Shown here in pieces: positions 46,148 to 57,039 of a stretch of 64,000 nucleotides of DNA (positions within the stretch are counted from its first letter, which is position 1; every line of letters starts with the position of its first letter). This DNA is from Candidatus Latescibacterota bacterium (lineage in GTDB: Bacteria > Latescibacterota > UBA2968 > UBA8231): positions 1,504,001 through 1,568,000 of the forward strand of contig CBDCXV010000011.1 in NCBI GenBank assembly GCA_965223905.1, written 5' to 3'. The notes under the pieces are model-generated. The model saw only the letters and a list, made by a program, of their open reading frames with translations. It was not told where the DNA came from and searched no databases. A program made the position numbers and the translations under genes.

Positions 46148-49100
46148 TTGTTGGCTTTGTCCTGCATGAGTGCAAGCTGGAACCAGGTGGCCTCATACGC
46201 TAAATCAAACCACTCCGGGTCGTGCGCGCGGATACGTTTGACGAGGAATGTCGTGCGGTCGGTCGGTTTGGAGTGAAAACAGCACCATGCGGCGACAACC
46301 GGTGTGTCAAAGACAGGTTGGCGTTTGCGGGGTTCGTCTTCGTGTTGCCAGATGGCTAGTTCGTCGAGCAACTTGCCCTGCTCCAGTTCATCCACCCACT
46401 CGCGGCGTCCGTCTCCCGTCGGCCAGTCGTCCATGCTAAATCGCAGGTTAAGTTGCTCCTGGGTCTTGTCGTCTCGCCTCCTCCGGGCTTCCTCGATGAT
46501 CGGATCGGGGACTCTGCTACCCATCAATCGAAAGCCGATGTCACATTCCACGGTGTACAGCCCCCGAAGCCGATCGGTACCCTCCGAGAGAATGGAGTCT
46601 ACATGGTCGCGTGCGATCTGCTCACCGTCTGGTGTGTCGGTAAGTTGAACGCGGAGTCGCTCAAACGCCTGCCTTGCTTCGGTCCACCAGACCTCACGCT
46701 GAATCAGGAGCCAACTGAACGGCAGTTCGTCTTCCAGCCGCCAGAGCAACTGTCGAGGAGCACTTTCGAGCCGGAACATGCAACGAACCAGAAGATTCGG
46801 CTTCTTCACCAGAACCTTGAAAAGATCGAGCGACGTGGCTGGAAGACCCTCAGCGCGCAGCAGCATATTAGTCAAAAAGGACCACTCTTCTTCATCTCGG
46901 GGTTCATCCGCTACGTCCAACATGGCGTCCATCGTTGCGGCGATGGCTTGTATCCGCGAATTCCTATCTCGCAGGCTCAGGGCTTCGCATAGACGGGGGG
47001 CCTCCGCGTCACTTGTTGACAGACTAACTGACTCGCTTGGCCTGCCGCCAATGACAACGGGGCGGATACGCACCCGGTCGTCGTGGCGGGCTACCACTAA
47101 CCAGGGTTCATTGTTGTTTAAATCTTGCGGAAATATGGCACCGGGTGGGGTACCAGTCGGACTTACGACATCGAGAGACACAGGATCGGATTCTGGCCGA
47201 GCGATCGGCAAAACTTCAAAGGTCACCGTTTTTTCGTCATCCAGCACCGACGACACGTTGACCCAAGCCATGTCGGGGTCGTATTCGAGCACGGCTGCGA
47301 AACGGCGTATTTGAAGGGCATCGTGTTCATTCTGGAACTCATCCACAATGCGCAAGACGACGCTTGAGGCGCTGGACGACGATGCGGCGAGCAACAGCTG
47401 AATCATGGGGCGTAGGTCAATCAACGGTAGCTCATGGATCACGCCGATTTTTCGCAGAGGGCGACGGAAGTTAGCGATGCGCAAGTCCAGATCCGGTGCC
47501 TTGAGCCTACCCTCGATCCAGAACTCTCGTGTGTTGTCCGGCGACAGCGCGGTCGCCCGCACTCCGTACAGATCATCGACGGCATGTTCCCGGTCCAAAG
47601 GCTTGCCGTCTCGCAGGAAGCGCCCGCCGAGACCGGGGAAGGGCGCCTGCACGGCCAATTCCGAGGCCCCCTGCCAATGCAAGCGCAGTTGCACACGGGA
47701 AACTGGGTGGGCAGGATCCCGGGCGGCCACATGGACCCAAACCTCGTCTCCTTCAATTCGCGGGGTCACAACGACTTCCTGGCTGTGACCAAAAACCTTG
47801 ACGGCTTCCGCCCCGTTCAACACCAAATGCCCCTCGCTCATGTCCGAACCGGGAGCGAGGGACAGTCGGAATTGTTCGGGAAGGATTCCAACGCGGCCAT
47901 GATACCGAAGCTCTTCGCCGCGCATGTGCCGGATTTCCCATAATCCAGAAACACTGGGACCTTGTGCCCAATTTTCTCCTGTTTGCCTCCAACTGATCTC
48001 GTTTGCCGGCACGGCGCGCGAGGCTTGCTCGGCCTTGGCGATGCGCAAAGTTGGCGTACCGCGAAACAAGGGCCAGGCAGACTCGAAATCGTAGCAGCGC
48101 TAACCCACCAGCCGGTAGTCTTCCTCGACCGCCTGCCCCGAAGACGGCCTCACCACGCATCGACCGCTGCCCGTTTCAATCGTGGTCGGTTCGGTGATCC
48201 GCCAAAAAGCCCGGTCCAGGATAGGAAAACCTTCGGGCCCGGCGTTCCTGTCGACCACCGTACACTCATCGGGAACCAGTACCACAATCTCTGGTGTTCG
48301 GTTGCTGGCACTGCCCTCGCCAATGAAGGGACATTCATCGGAGTCGCCCCGGAACACCCACGGCAGCTCTCCCATGGCGGCGCCCCGGTAGGGAACCACT
48401 CCTTCGCCAACTACATCCCTGGAGAGGAACTGAAGGCGAACCTCGGCGGCCGCTTCGGCGTCCCAGATTTCGGCCTTAGACTGCGCGTCTCGTGGCACAA
48501 AGAGGAATTTGTCTGACTGGGCTGCGTACAAGCCGACATCGCGCACTCGATCGCCGTGCACACGTACCAGCAGCCTGGGTGGCAGATCACCCACCGACAC
48601 GTTCAGGTGATGTGCGAGGTGTTCCGCAGAAATAGATGCGGGAAGTCGGACCCGAGCGCCAAGCCGCCACCCAACACCGGTTCGACGCAGAAACCGTTCG
48701 ACGCGGAAGTCATCGACCTGGGTCGCCGTGTCCCGCGCCGCTTCGCGAAGCAGGCCGGTCAGAAGATCCCGAGCCCGCTCATTCTCGAGAGCAAGAGGGA
48801 TTGTATTACGCCAATCCGGTCGCGCCTGATCGAGGGTGCTGATCGGATCTTCGCCTTGAGCGTCGCCCTGAAGATCAAGCACCGCCTCGATCAGGTCGGC
48901 TGCCAAGCGGAACACATAGTCCCTGCGCAGCGTCGGCGGGCGCAGCAGGTGCTGCTGATCCCGGGCAAGATCGATAGTGTCGTCAACGAACTTCCGATAC
49001 TCAGCGGTGTGTTTAAGGACAGCGCGCAGGTATTGCGCAACCCTGCTGTCCGCGTCGCGGAGGAGGCCCAACGGCAGGCCGCCCTGACAGGCAAACGTTC

Positions 49101-49470
49101 CGAGATAGCGTACCGAGCGTACCGAGGTCGGCAATCGCACGAGATCGACCCGCCACCAGCGCAAAGCTGAGCGTACAGGCTCGTAGAGATCCGGATAGTG
49201 GACCCAGCCCCAACCAATGGACTCCAACAGCGGTTCCCATGCCCAATGGCCGCCGTCGTATTCGCGCTGCCACCATTCCGCCGAGTAGAGAACAAATGCC
49301 TGAACCGGCAAGTTGGCGGTGCTGCTGTCGTAGGGAGTAGTGTGCGAAAGCGCCTCGGCCAGGGAATCGAATTCTTCAGCGGTGCACCGATAGGCGTAGA
49401 GCGCCCGGCCATCCGGGTGCTCCAACCCCCGGCGGGGCAAGAATTCGTCGATCCAAATGGTTGGGTTCAT
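46144..49470 (-). pseudogene. druH: STY4851/ECs_5259-type (DruH-like) protein, ~1108 codons, interrupted by one in-frame TAG at 48100-48102
   Basis: N-terminus RRGLEHPDGRALYAYRCT..EF, FVLYSAEWWQREYDGGHWAW, YLGTFACQGGLP. The 456-aa and 641-aa ORFs share one frame (...DYRLVG*RCYDFESAWPLFRGTP...). Confidence 0.75.
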
Positions 49471-49545
49471 GAGGGTCTCTTCCTGCGCGTTCCATCCCGG
49501 CTGCGGGAAAGTGTCCGCTATCCCGTTGGCCCGCCCCGGGGGGGC

Positions 49546-49749
49546 TCACCCCTGCCTGCGCCCGGCCTGGAGCTCCTGAGGGGCAATTAGATTCTTGCAG
49601 GTGCCCGCATACCGGGTGAGCTCCGCCATGCGCATGCGGCGGTTGAAATTCAGGACTGCTTGGACAATGGCTTCGCGGCCGGTCTTCGCTTTCGTGAACC
49701 GGATGGCGTCCTCGAGCTCGTCGTCGGGAATGTCGACAGTAGTTTTCAT
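49546..49749 (-). CDS. Orphan VapB-type (RHH) antitoxin
   Basis: MKTTVDIPDDELEDAIRFTKAKTGREAIVQAV..FNRR.RMAEL. No PIN toxin follows. Confidence 0.8.
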   Translation of the reverse strand: MKTTVDIPDDELEDAIRFTKAKTGREAIVQAVLNFNRRMRMAELTRYAGTCKNLIAPQELQAGRRQG

Positions 49750-49756
49750 TGCTGAT

Positions 49757-50494
49757 TCATATCCACGCTTGGGGACGCTGCCTCAGGACGCACTCCCCAG
49801 GCCCGCCGAAGTAGCATCGGCTCGTCGTGAAGAATGGCTCCAACCGGCCGTCCTCATCCGGCGTCAGTACCGAGCGCATCCAGGCATTCCGCCTGCCCGG
49901 ATCATCCAGACCGTCAATATGTCCCGACTCTTCCTGAAGATCGTTCCACCACTTTTCCCGCGCCGACCTGAGCCGCTCCACGTTGAGGTTTAGAATCTCG
50001 ATGGTTCGGGTCACCCGGTCAGGGGCAAAGCCGGCAGTAAGGCAGGCATTTTCGTCCGCCTCAATCAGCCCATTGTCCAGCACCCTCACCAGCGAGGGAA
50101 TCGCCGGTAATGCTCGCGGGTCGACGAAGTTCTCTTCGTTCTGATTCCCTTTTGCCTGCCCACAGCTCGTTTCCACGCGCCTGGTATCCTCATCCAGTCC
50201 AGTCCCACCCAAGCAGCAGGCGACCATGTTGACTATGTCGAGGGCCTTCATTTCGCCAGATTTTTCATCGCTTTGCGGGACCACGTGCTCAACTTGACGA
50301 CGCCCTTCTTTGATCTCGATCTCGCAGTAGGCGCAGAGTCCGTGCTGGTTCTGGGTCAGTGCTTCCCTGAGTTCACGGTACGCCGCTCCCGAATTGTGAG
50401 AACGGAATCCGACCCAATTCGGGATGTCGCCGACGCAATCGAGGTATTCGGAAAGGCCGGAAGTTGGCGCGCTCAACTCGCGGATGACCTTCAT
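49757..50494 (-). CDS. HNH endonuclease (TIGR02646/retron- and Septu-associated PtuB type)
   Basis: QHGLCAYCE, VEHVVPQ, NMVACC.G, SCGQAKG, TIEILNLN. Confidence 0.85.
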   Translation of the reverse strand: MKVIRELSAPTSGLSEYLDCVGDIPNWVGFRSHNSGAAYRELREALTQNQHGLCAYCEIEIKEGRRQVEHVVPQSDEKSGEMKALDIVNMVACCLGGTGLDEDTRRVETSCGQAKGNQNEENFVDPRALPAIPSLVRVLDNGLIEADENACLTAGFAPDRVTRTIEILNLNVERLRSAREKWWNDLQEESGHIDGLDDPGRRNAWMRSVLTPDEDGRLEPFFTTSRCYFGGPGECVLRQRPQAWI

Positions 50495-50509
50495 TCGCGA
50501 CTTGACCGT

Positions 50510-51782
50510 CTACTTGAACAGCTTGCGCCGCTTGATTTCGAGGTTGGCGCGATTAAGAGCCGGATCGAGGGGGGACATTCCCTCCAGCTTGGCTCGCAGA
50601 GCCAAGGCTTCTTCGGATTCCCCCTTTCCTTCCCTGATATGGCACCGGTATTCATCCAAGGCTTCTGTGAAAGCATTCCTGGGAGGACGTTCTCCTACAC
50701 GCATCACCACCGAAAGAACGTCCCCCGCCTCGGCCCCATAGGTCGCCCCCACGCGGTGCCCCGGCGACAATGCGGCCCCCATCCGGGTACAGTTCCACAA
50801 TGCTCTTCGGCTCGACCGTGGTCAGCACCTGAGGACTGTGAGTCGAGACGATAAACTGCGCATTCGGGAACGTCCGCCGCAGGTCGTCGAGGATGCGTTG
50901 CTGCCACCCCGGATGCAGGTGCAGTTCCACCTCGTCGATCAGGACCACGGCCTCTGATGCAAGCGGGTCCTTCAGGTGCGGGTTACCCTGCGCCATCCGT
51001 CGCGCCAAGTCGGCCGCCAGCGCCAGCACGATGCGATAGCCCCCGCTCAGCTGGTCGAGGGAGAGCTTCTCTACCTGTTCTTGCCCTGATTTCCGGGACA
51101 CCACGAAACGGGGCGGATTCAACTCGGTGCGCGGATCGGACACTTCCGGCAGCATGGACGAGATCGCCTGGCGAACTGCGTCCAACTCCTTTAGCTGAAA
51201 ATTGAAGTCGCGCCGCTCCTTCTGTTGCCGCAGTTCCTCGTCTTCCTTGGAATAGAACCAGGTGAAGAGCCCCTCGAAATCCGTGCGAGCGGAAAGCGCC
51301 CCCTCCAGGGCGGCTAACCGGGGTACCCTGTGCTGAGAATTGCTCGGGGACAGTACTGATTGCGGCACACCTGCGACTGTGCGATCGGTACCATAAAAGG
51401 CGAAAATGGGCAAATCATTCTGATCCGCATGGCTGATATCGACTAGCGCCTCCTCCACGGCGCCCTGAAGAGCCAACCTCTCTTTCTCTTCTCGATCCGC
51501 ATCTTTTCTATTTCCCTTCCACTCCGAAACGGTTCCCTCCACTGGGGCAAGCAAGACCCGCGGATCTCCCTTACTCTCGCGCCGATCCTCCTCGCAAAAA
51601 TCAATGCCCGGTTCACAAGGGAACGATCGGAACATGTCCCGCAACCCCACCGCGATCGCACTCAAAACACTCGTCTTGCCGTACCCATTATCGCCGTGAA
51701 GCACGGTCAGCGACGGGTCGAGCTGCAGCTCGAGTTTCTCAAGCGCCCGATAGTTTTCAACCTTCACGGATTTCAATTTCAC
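50510..51782 (-). pseudogene. PtuA-like AAA ATPase with a late frameshift (~50750-50762)
   Basis: VENYRAL, GDNGYGKT, LSGGYR, VLIDEVELHLHPGWQQ, STHSPQVL. The typical C-terminus ATYGAEAGDVLSVVM...EIKRRK lies in a different frame ending at 50510. Confidence 0.82.
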
Positions 51783-51973
51783 AGGCGCACCTCCTTTGTC
51801 TTGAATCTCGCCAGGGACGACCCACTCCCCCTGTCGGCCCGTACCTTATGGAACGATGCCCGTCTTCGAGTACCGGTAAACCTCCAGGACTTCCGCAACG
51901 GACTCGCCCCTTCCATCATTTTTACAGCAGGACCGCAACCCGTGTTCCGGTCATCGAACCCCGGATGCCATGA

Positions 51974-52004
51974 ATTATAAAGGACCATTCAGAGACCTGG
52001 TCAA
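51974..52004 (-). promoter_or_regulatory. Possible sigma70 promoter for the leftward defence operon
   Basis: Minus strand TTGACC-19 bp-TATAAT. The spacer is long. Confidence 0.4.
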
Positions 52005-52097
52005 CCAGTCAGGCTATTGTTCATCGAGGTCATGCCATCGACCAGGATACCCAGGAACGCCACACCGGTCAGGGTGCCCGCCAGTAGCCAGCACCTC

Positions 52098-54368
52098 ATG
52101 ATTCCCGCCCTGCTCATAACCGCCCTCCTGCTCGCGATTCCCGCCCACGCCCAGCGGCTCGGCGAGATCCGGGGGGCCGTCCTCGACCGGGCCACACAGC
52201 ATCCGCTGCCCGGGGCCACGGTGGCGGTCCTCGATTCCGAGCGGGGAACGGTGGCCGACGCCGAGGGCCGCTTCGCCCTGCCGCGCATGCCCGCGGGGGT
52301 GCATCGCCTGCGCGTATCGATGATCGGGTACGCCGCCATGGTGCGGACCGACGTGGTCGTGCGCCCGCGCCGGGTCACCGATGTCGAGATCGAGCTCGAC
52401 GCCGAGGTGGTCGACCTGGGGGAGGAGACCGTGGTCGTCGCCGACTACTTCTCCGATGCGGCCGGGGAGGCGGTCGGCGGGGTGAGCTTCAGCTACGAGG
52501 AGGTGCGGCGCTCGCCGGGATCGGCCGGCGACATAAGCCGCCTCCTGCAGGCCATGCCCGCGGTCAACATGAACACCGACGAGCGCAACGATCTCATCGT
52601 GCGCGGCGGCAGCCCCACGGAGAACCTCGTTCTCGTCGACCACGTCGAGATCCCCAACATCAACCACTTCCCTACCCAGGGGGCGTCGGGCGGCCCGATC
52701 GGCCTGCTGAACACCGATCTCATCGAGGACGTCGCCTTCTACGCCGGCGGCTTCTCCGCGGCTTACGGGGAACGCATGTCGTCGGTGACGGTCGTCGACT
52801 TGCGCGAGGGCAGCCGCGAGAAGCTCGAGGGGGAGCTGCAGCTCGGCATGGCGGGAGCCGGCCTGCTTCTCGAAGGCCCCTTGCCGGGAGGCCGCGGGTC
52901 CTGGATCGCCTCGGGGCGGCGCAGCTATCTCGATCTCATCGTCGATGCCATCGGCACCGGAGCCGTGCCGCGCTACAGCGACCTGCAGGGCAAGCTGAGC
53001 TGGGACCTGTCTCCCCGGCACCGGGTCTCCCTGCTCGGCATCGCCGGCTTCGACGCCATCGACTTCGCTCCCGGGGATACCGATGCCGACGAGGATTTCG
53101 TCGTCAACGAGACCGACCAGTACGTCGCCGGGGCCGGCTGGCGCTGGCTGTGGAGCCGCCGCGGCTTTGCCCGCACTTCCCTCGCCTTCACCTACGCCGA
53201 CTTCGGCACCGACGTCCTCGACGGACAGACGCGCGACCTGCTGTTCGCCAACTCCTCGCAGGAGCGCCGGATCGCGCTGCGCAGCGACGTCACCTGGTCG
53301 CCGCATGCGGGGGGAGAGCTGCGCTGCGGGATCACCGGCAGCCGCGAGCTCAGCGATTTCTCCCTCTTTTCGGCGTCGCGGACCAACCGCGTCGGCGAGG
53401 TGGCCGGGGAGCTGCGCGTCGGCGAGGAGGTGAGCTCGAACAAGCTGGGGGCCTACCTCGGGTACGAGCGCCCCGTCGCGAAGGGCGTAACCGCGGAAGC
53501 GGGAGTGCGCTGGTCCTACTTCGACTACACCGGAAAAAGCGGCTTTTCGCCGCGGCTGTCCCTGCGCTGGCAGCTCGGTCCGCTCACCTCGCTGAGCGCC
53601 GCCTGGGGGCTCTACCGCCAGGACCTGCCTTCCTCGCTGCTGGTTCAGCACCCTGACAACCGCGACCTGGAGAACCCCCGCGCCGCCCACTACGTCCTCG
53701 GGCTGCGACGGCGCCTGACCGAGAACACCCTGCTAACCCTCGAGGGGTACCTCAAGCGCTACCGGGATTTGCCTTTCGACCCGGACGATCCCACGGCGTC
53801 GGTGGTCGACGCCTTCGCCGATTTCGGCACCCCGGCTCCCGGACGGCTGGCCGGCGGCGGCGAAGCCGAGTCCCGGGGCCTGGAGTGGATGGTCCAGAAG
53901 AAGCTCGCCCGCCGCCTGTACGGCACCGCGAGCTACGCCTGGGCCCGTTCCCGCTACACCGACCTAAGCGGACGGGAGCGCGACCGCTCCTTCGACAACC
54001 GCCACCTGGTATCCCTCATCGTCGGCTACCGGCAGGGGGAAACCCGGGAGTACAGCCTGCGCTGGCGGTTCGCCGGAGGCCGGCCCTACACCCCCTTCGA
54101 CGAGGAGGCTTCGGCGCGCGAGGGAACCGGAATCGTGCAGCGCGACCGCATCAACGAGCTGCGCCTGCCCCCCTACCACCGCCTCGACCTGCGCCTCGAC
54201 CATCGCCGGCACTTCGGGCGCTTCAACCTGGTGTCGTTCTTCACCCTGCTGAACGCTTACAACCGCGCCAACCTCTTTCACTATTTCTGGGACACCGGGG
54301 ACAACCGGCCCGGCCGCATCAATCAGTGGAGCCGGATCCCGGTCGGCGGCTTCGAGCTCGAGTTCTGA
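52098..54368 (+). CDS. TonB-dependent receptor with N-terminal carboxypeptidase-regulatory-like domain
   Basis: Signal peptide. IRGAVLD..PLPGATV, IVRGGSPTEN, GGFSAAYGERMSSV, SPRLSL, YHRLDLR. C-terminal Phe. Confidence 0.92.
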   Translation: MIPALLITALLLAIPAHAQRLGEIRGAVLDRATQHPLPGATVAVLDSERGTVADAEGRFALPRMPAGVHRLRVSMIGYAAMVRTDVVVRPRRVTDVEIELDAEVVDLGEETVVVADYFSDAAGEAVGGVSFSYEEVRRSPGSAGDISRLLQAMPAVNMNTDERNDLIVRGGSPTENLVLVDHVEIPNINHFPTQGASGGPIGLLNTDLIEDVAFYAGGFSAAYGERMSSVTVVDLREGSREKLEGELQLGMAGAGLLLEGPLPGGRGSWIASGRRSYLDLIVDAIGTGAVPRYSDLQGKLSWDLSPRHRVSLLGIAGFDAIDFAPGDTDADEDFVVNETDQYVAGAGWRWLWSRRGFARTSLAFTYADFGTDVLDGQTRDLLFANSSQERRIALRSDVTWSPHAGGELRCGITGSRELSDFSLFSASRTNRVGEVAGELRVGEEVSSNKLGAYLGYERPVAKGVTAEAGVRWSYFDYTGKSGFSPRLSLRWQLGPLTSLSAAWGLYRQDLPSSLLVQHPDNRDLENPRAAHYVLGLRRRLTENTLLTLEGYLKRYRDLPFDPDDPTASVVDAFADFGTPAPGRLAGGGEAESRGLEWMVQKKLARRLYGTASYAWARSRYTDLSGRERDRSFDNRHLVSLIVGYRQGETREYSLRWRFAGGRPYTPFDEEASAREGTGIVQRDRINELRLPPYHRLDLRLDHRRHFGRFNLVSFFTLLNAYNRANLFHYFWDTGDNRPGRINQWSRIPVGGFELEF

Positions 54369-54399
54369 GCGCCGTCGAGGTCCCCTGAGGCCCGTACCT

Positions 54400-55569
54400 T
54401 CAGCGCTTCAGGGCCTGCCTGACGGCGAACAGCAGGCAGAGCGGCGCCAGCGCCACCACCCCCATGGCCGGACGCAGGCCCACGGCCTCGGCCACCGCCC
54501 CGATCACCGCGGGCCCGGCGACTCCGCCGACGTGAGCGGCCCCGTTCAGCAGCGCGTACATCGAGGGGGTGGCGCCGGGAAAGCGGTCCCCGGCGCAGGC
54601 GACCGCGGTCGGGTAGCTGACGGTGATGGCGAGCCCGAGCACGGTCAGCCAGAAGACGGTGAAGGAAGTCCCCACCGGCAGGGCGGCGAGCAGGATGCTG
54701 GCGGCGCTGAGCAGGCAGCAGGCGGTCAGCACCGCGGGGACGCCGACCCGCGCCACGAGGCGGGCGCATGCCAGTCTGCCCGCGGCCATGGTCGTTCCCA
54801 GCAGCACCAGGCTGAGCACGCCGAGGGAGTGGCTGCTGCCCGCGGCCTTCTCGATGAAGTAGGGGAACCAGGTCGACGGTCCGATCTCGGTGACCGCGGA
54901 AAACAGGATGGCGACCCCTATCCAGGCGAAAGCCGGCTGCCGGACCAGGGAGCGCAGGTCGAGCCGGCCCGGCGCGTCCGCTTCCGGCCTGGGGAACCGC
55001 ACCACGAGGGCCGCGGCGCCGAAGACCAGCACCATGACGGCGAAGGCCCGGAAGACCCCGCGCCACTCCGACCCGAGCGCGAACAGCCCCAGGACCAGTG
55101 CCGAGATCAGCACCATGCCGACGTAGAAGAAGGCGTGGAAGACATTCATCGCCCCGGTCCGGTTCGCGGGATGCAGCGAACAGAGCAGGGCGTTCAGCGG
55201 GGCCGCGGGCATGCCGCGTCCGAGGCCGGCCAGGAAGATGGCGGCGAACGCCTGCGGCCGGGTCTCCGCGGCCGAGACAAGCAGGTACCCCGCCGCCTGG
55301 ATCAGGGCGGAGGCGGCCAGCATGCGGCGGTACCCGAGCCGCTCGGCGAGCCAGCCGGAGAACAGGGTGACCGTCCCCAGGCCCCAGAAAGGGAGCCCGA
55401 GGAAGAGGCCCATCTGCGTCTCCGAGGTGATGCCGAGCTCCGCGGAGATGGCGCCGAGACAGGCCGCCGGACCGACGACGATGGCGGCGCCGGTCGCCAT
55501 CGTGTACCAGCAGAACAGCTCGATGCCGCGGCGGGACTGTCCGTCGGTGGGCAAGGCGGCTGTCAGCAA
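54400..55569 (-). CDS. MFS transporter
   Basis: About 12 hydrophobic segments, motif A-like GWLAERLGYRR. Start uncertain. Confidence 0.85.
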   Translation of the reverse strand: MLTAALPTDGQSRRGIELFCWYTMATGAAIVVGPAACLGAISAELGITSETQMGLFLGLPFWGLGTVTLFSGWLAERLGYRRMLAASALIQAAGYLLVSAAETRPQAFAAIFLAGLGRGMPAAPLNALLCSLHPANRTGAMNVFHAFFYVGMVLISALVLGLFALGSEWRGVFRAFAVMVLVFGAAALVVRFPRPEADAPGRLDLRSLVRQPAFAWIGVAILFSAVTEIGPSTWFPYFIEKAAGSSHSLGVLSLVLLGTTMAAGRLACARLVARVGVPAVLTACCLLSAASILLAALPVGTSFTVFWLTVLGLAITVSYPTAVACAGDRFPGATPSMYALLNGAAHVGGVAGPAVIGAVAEAVGLRPAMGVVALAPLCLLFAVRQALKR

Positions 55570-55843
55570 CCCGGGCCGGGGCGGCGCTGGATCCCCCGAC
55601 GCAGAGGGCTGGTGGGAATTCCGTGTTTCATTCGGTCAGGGACGGTTGCCGCGGCCTCCCGGCAAACTCGAAGGGTTCGCGACCGCCAGGGTCGGCCGCA
55701 GCCCGGATGGACGGTTGCAGCAGGCTGCCAGTACTTTCTCTGCCGCAGGCCCCCGGCAAAAATGTTCCAAGTTATTTCTCTGCCCGCCGCGGCGATGCGC
55801 TGCCGGCGGGACGCGACCACCCTCATCGATTCGGAGTTGCCTC

Positions 55844-57028
55844 GTGAAAGTCGACCGTCAGGAACTGCTCGATTACGGTTTCATCATCCTTCGCAACGTC
55901 GTCCCCGCCGCCGAGCTCGACGGCCTGCGGGAGCAGTTCGAAGCCCTGGTCGAGCGCCAGAAGGCGCTCTGGGCCGCCGAGAACACCGACACCTGGGAGT
56001 CGGGGGCGCAGCCGCGGCTCGGCCACTACGAGCGCCTGATCGACCCGGCGACCGCGGCCACGGTCGAGCTCTGGCAGCGCGAAAACACTCTCGGGGTCGC
56101 CCGCCAGCTCCTGAGCGTGCCGGAGCGGGCGGCGGTCTCCGGCATGATGCTGATGTGCAGCCCCCGGCGGGACCACGGCCCCGCGGCCTGGCACCGCGAC
56201 ATCCACCCCCTCGACATGGCGCCGATGGCGGTGCTGCAGCGGGACCTCATGGAGAACGGCCCCAGGTACCTGCAGTGGAACATCCCGCTCTACGACGACG
56301 TCGTCTTCTGGGCGGTGCCGGGAAGCCACCGGCGCCTCAACACCGCCGAGGAGAACCGCCAGCTCGAGAAGAATCCGCGCGTGCCCCTGCCCGGGGGCGT
56401 GCCGATCGAGCTGGCCGCCGGCGACGGAGTCGTCTACGTCAACTTCCTCCTGCATTGGGGCAGCAACTACAGCACCACCCTGCGCCGCACCGCCCACGGC
56501 GGCCACAGCATCTTCCCCTACTACTCCGACACCGGTTTCATGCAACAGCTCTCCCCGGAAGGCCGCGCCGCCTTCGAGTCCTGGGACCGGTGCAGCGCCA
56601 GGGCCCAGGACCTGACCGAGCAGGCCCTGCGGGCGGTGCTGAACGGCGACGCCGCGTCCTTCCGCGAGGCGGTCGAAGGTCTGCAGCCGGGAGCGGGGGA
56701 AAAGGGGAAGCTGGTGCTGGCCATCTACCTGTCGAAAGCCGCCTACCACGTGCACGTCCACAAGCAGCCTGCGGACTCCGGTCTGCCGAGGTGGGCCGCC
56801 GACGGCGAGCACCCGATCACCATCAACTGGGGCCCGCGGTTCGCCGAGCGCTTCACCGCCCCGGAAGCCGGGGAGATCTGGCGCAGGTTCGGCCCTCTCG
56901 ACCGCGGCCTGCGCGCCGACGAGAAGCAGTTCGCGCCGGGGTACCAGAACCGCGAGCCGATGTACCACTATTTCGAGGACATGCCGCCGTTCAGGGTCGG
57001 CGACTTCGTCGCCAGCTGGGCGGCCTAG
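55844..57028 (+). CDS. PhyH-like dioxygenase, paralog of 11102-12331
   Basis: GFIILRNV, GPAAWHRD, ENGPRYLQWNIPLYDD, LHWGSNY, ERFT..EA. Confidence 0.85.
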   Translation: MKVDRQELLDYGFIILRNVVPAAELDGLREQFEALVERQKALWAAENTDTWESGAQPRLGHYERLIDPATAATVELWQRENTLGVARQLLSVPERAAVSGMMLMCSPRRDHGPAAWHRDIHPLDMAPMAVLQRDLMENGPRYLQWNIPLYDDVVFWAVPGSHRRLNTAEENRQLEKNPRVPLPGGVPIELAAGDGVVYVNFLLHWGSNYSTTLRRTAHGGHSIFPYYSDTGFMQQLSPEGRAAFESWDRCSARAQDLTEQALRAVLNGDAASFREAVEGLQPGAGEKGKLVLAIYLSKAAYHVHVHKQPADSGLPRWAADGEHPITINWGPRFAERFTAPEAGEIWRRFGPLDRGLRADEKQFAPGYQNREPMYHYFEDMPPFRVGDFVASWAA

Positions 57029-57039
57029 CAGCTCCGCTC

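Noticed and set aside
23512-48102. Genome-wide TAG recoding (two in-frame ambers)
   Set aside because: Many genes here end properly at TAG (3602, 6224, 17753, 18971, 57028), and the DUF4276 gene also has a frameshift.
36782-51782. Retron system
   Set aside because: No reverse transcriptase ORF (no YADD-type motif) and no recognisable msr-msd in the window.
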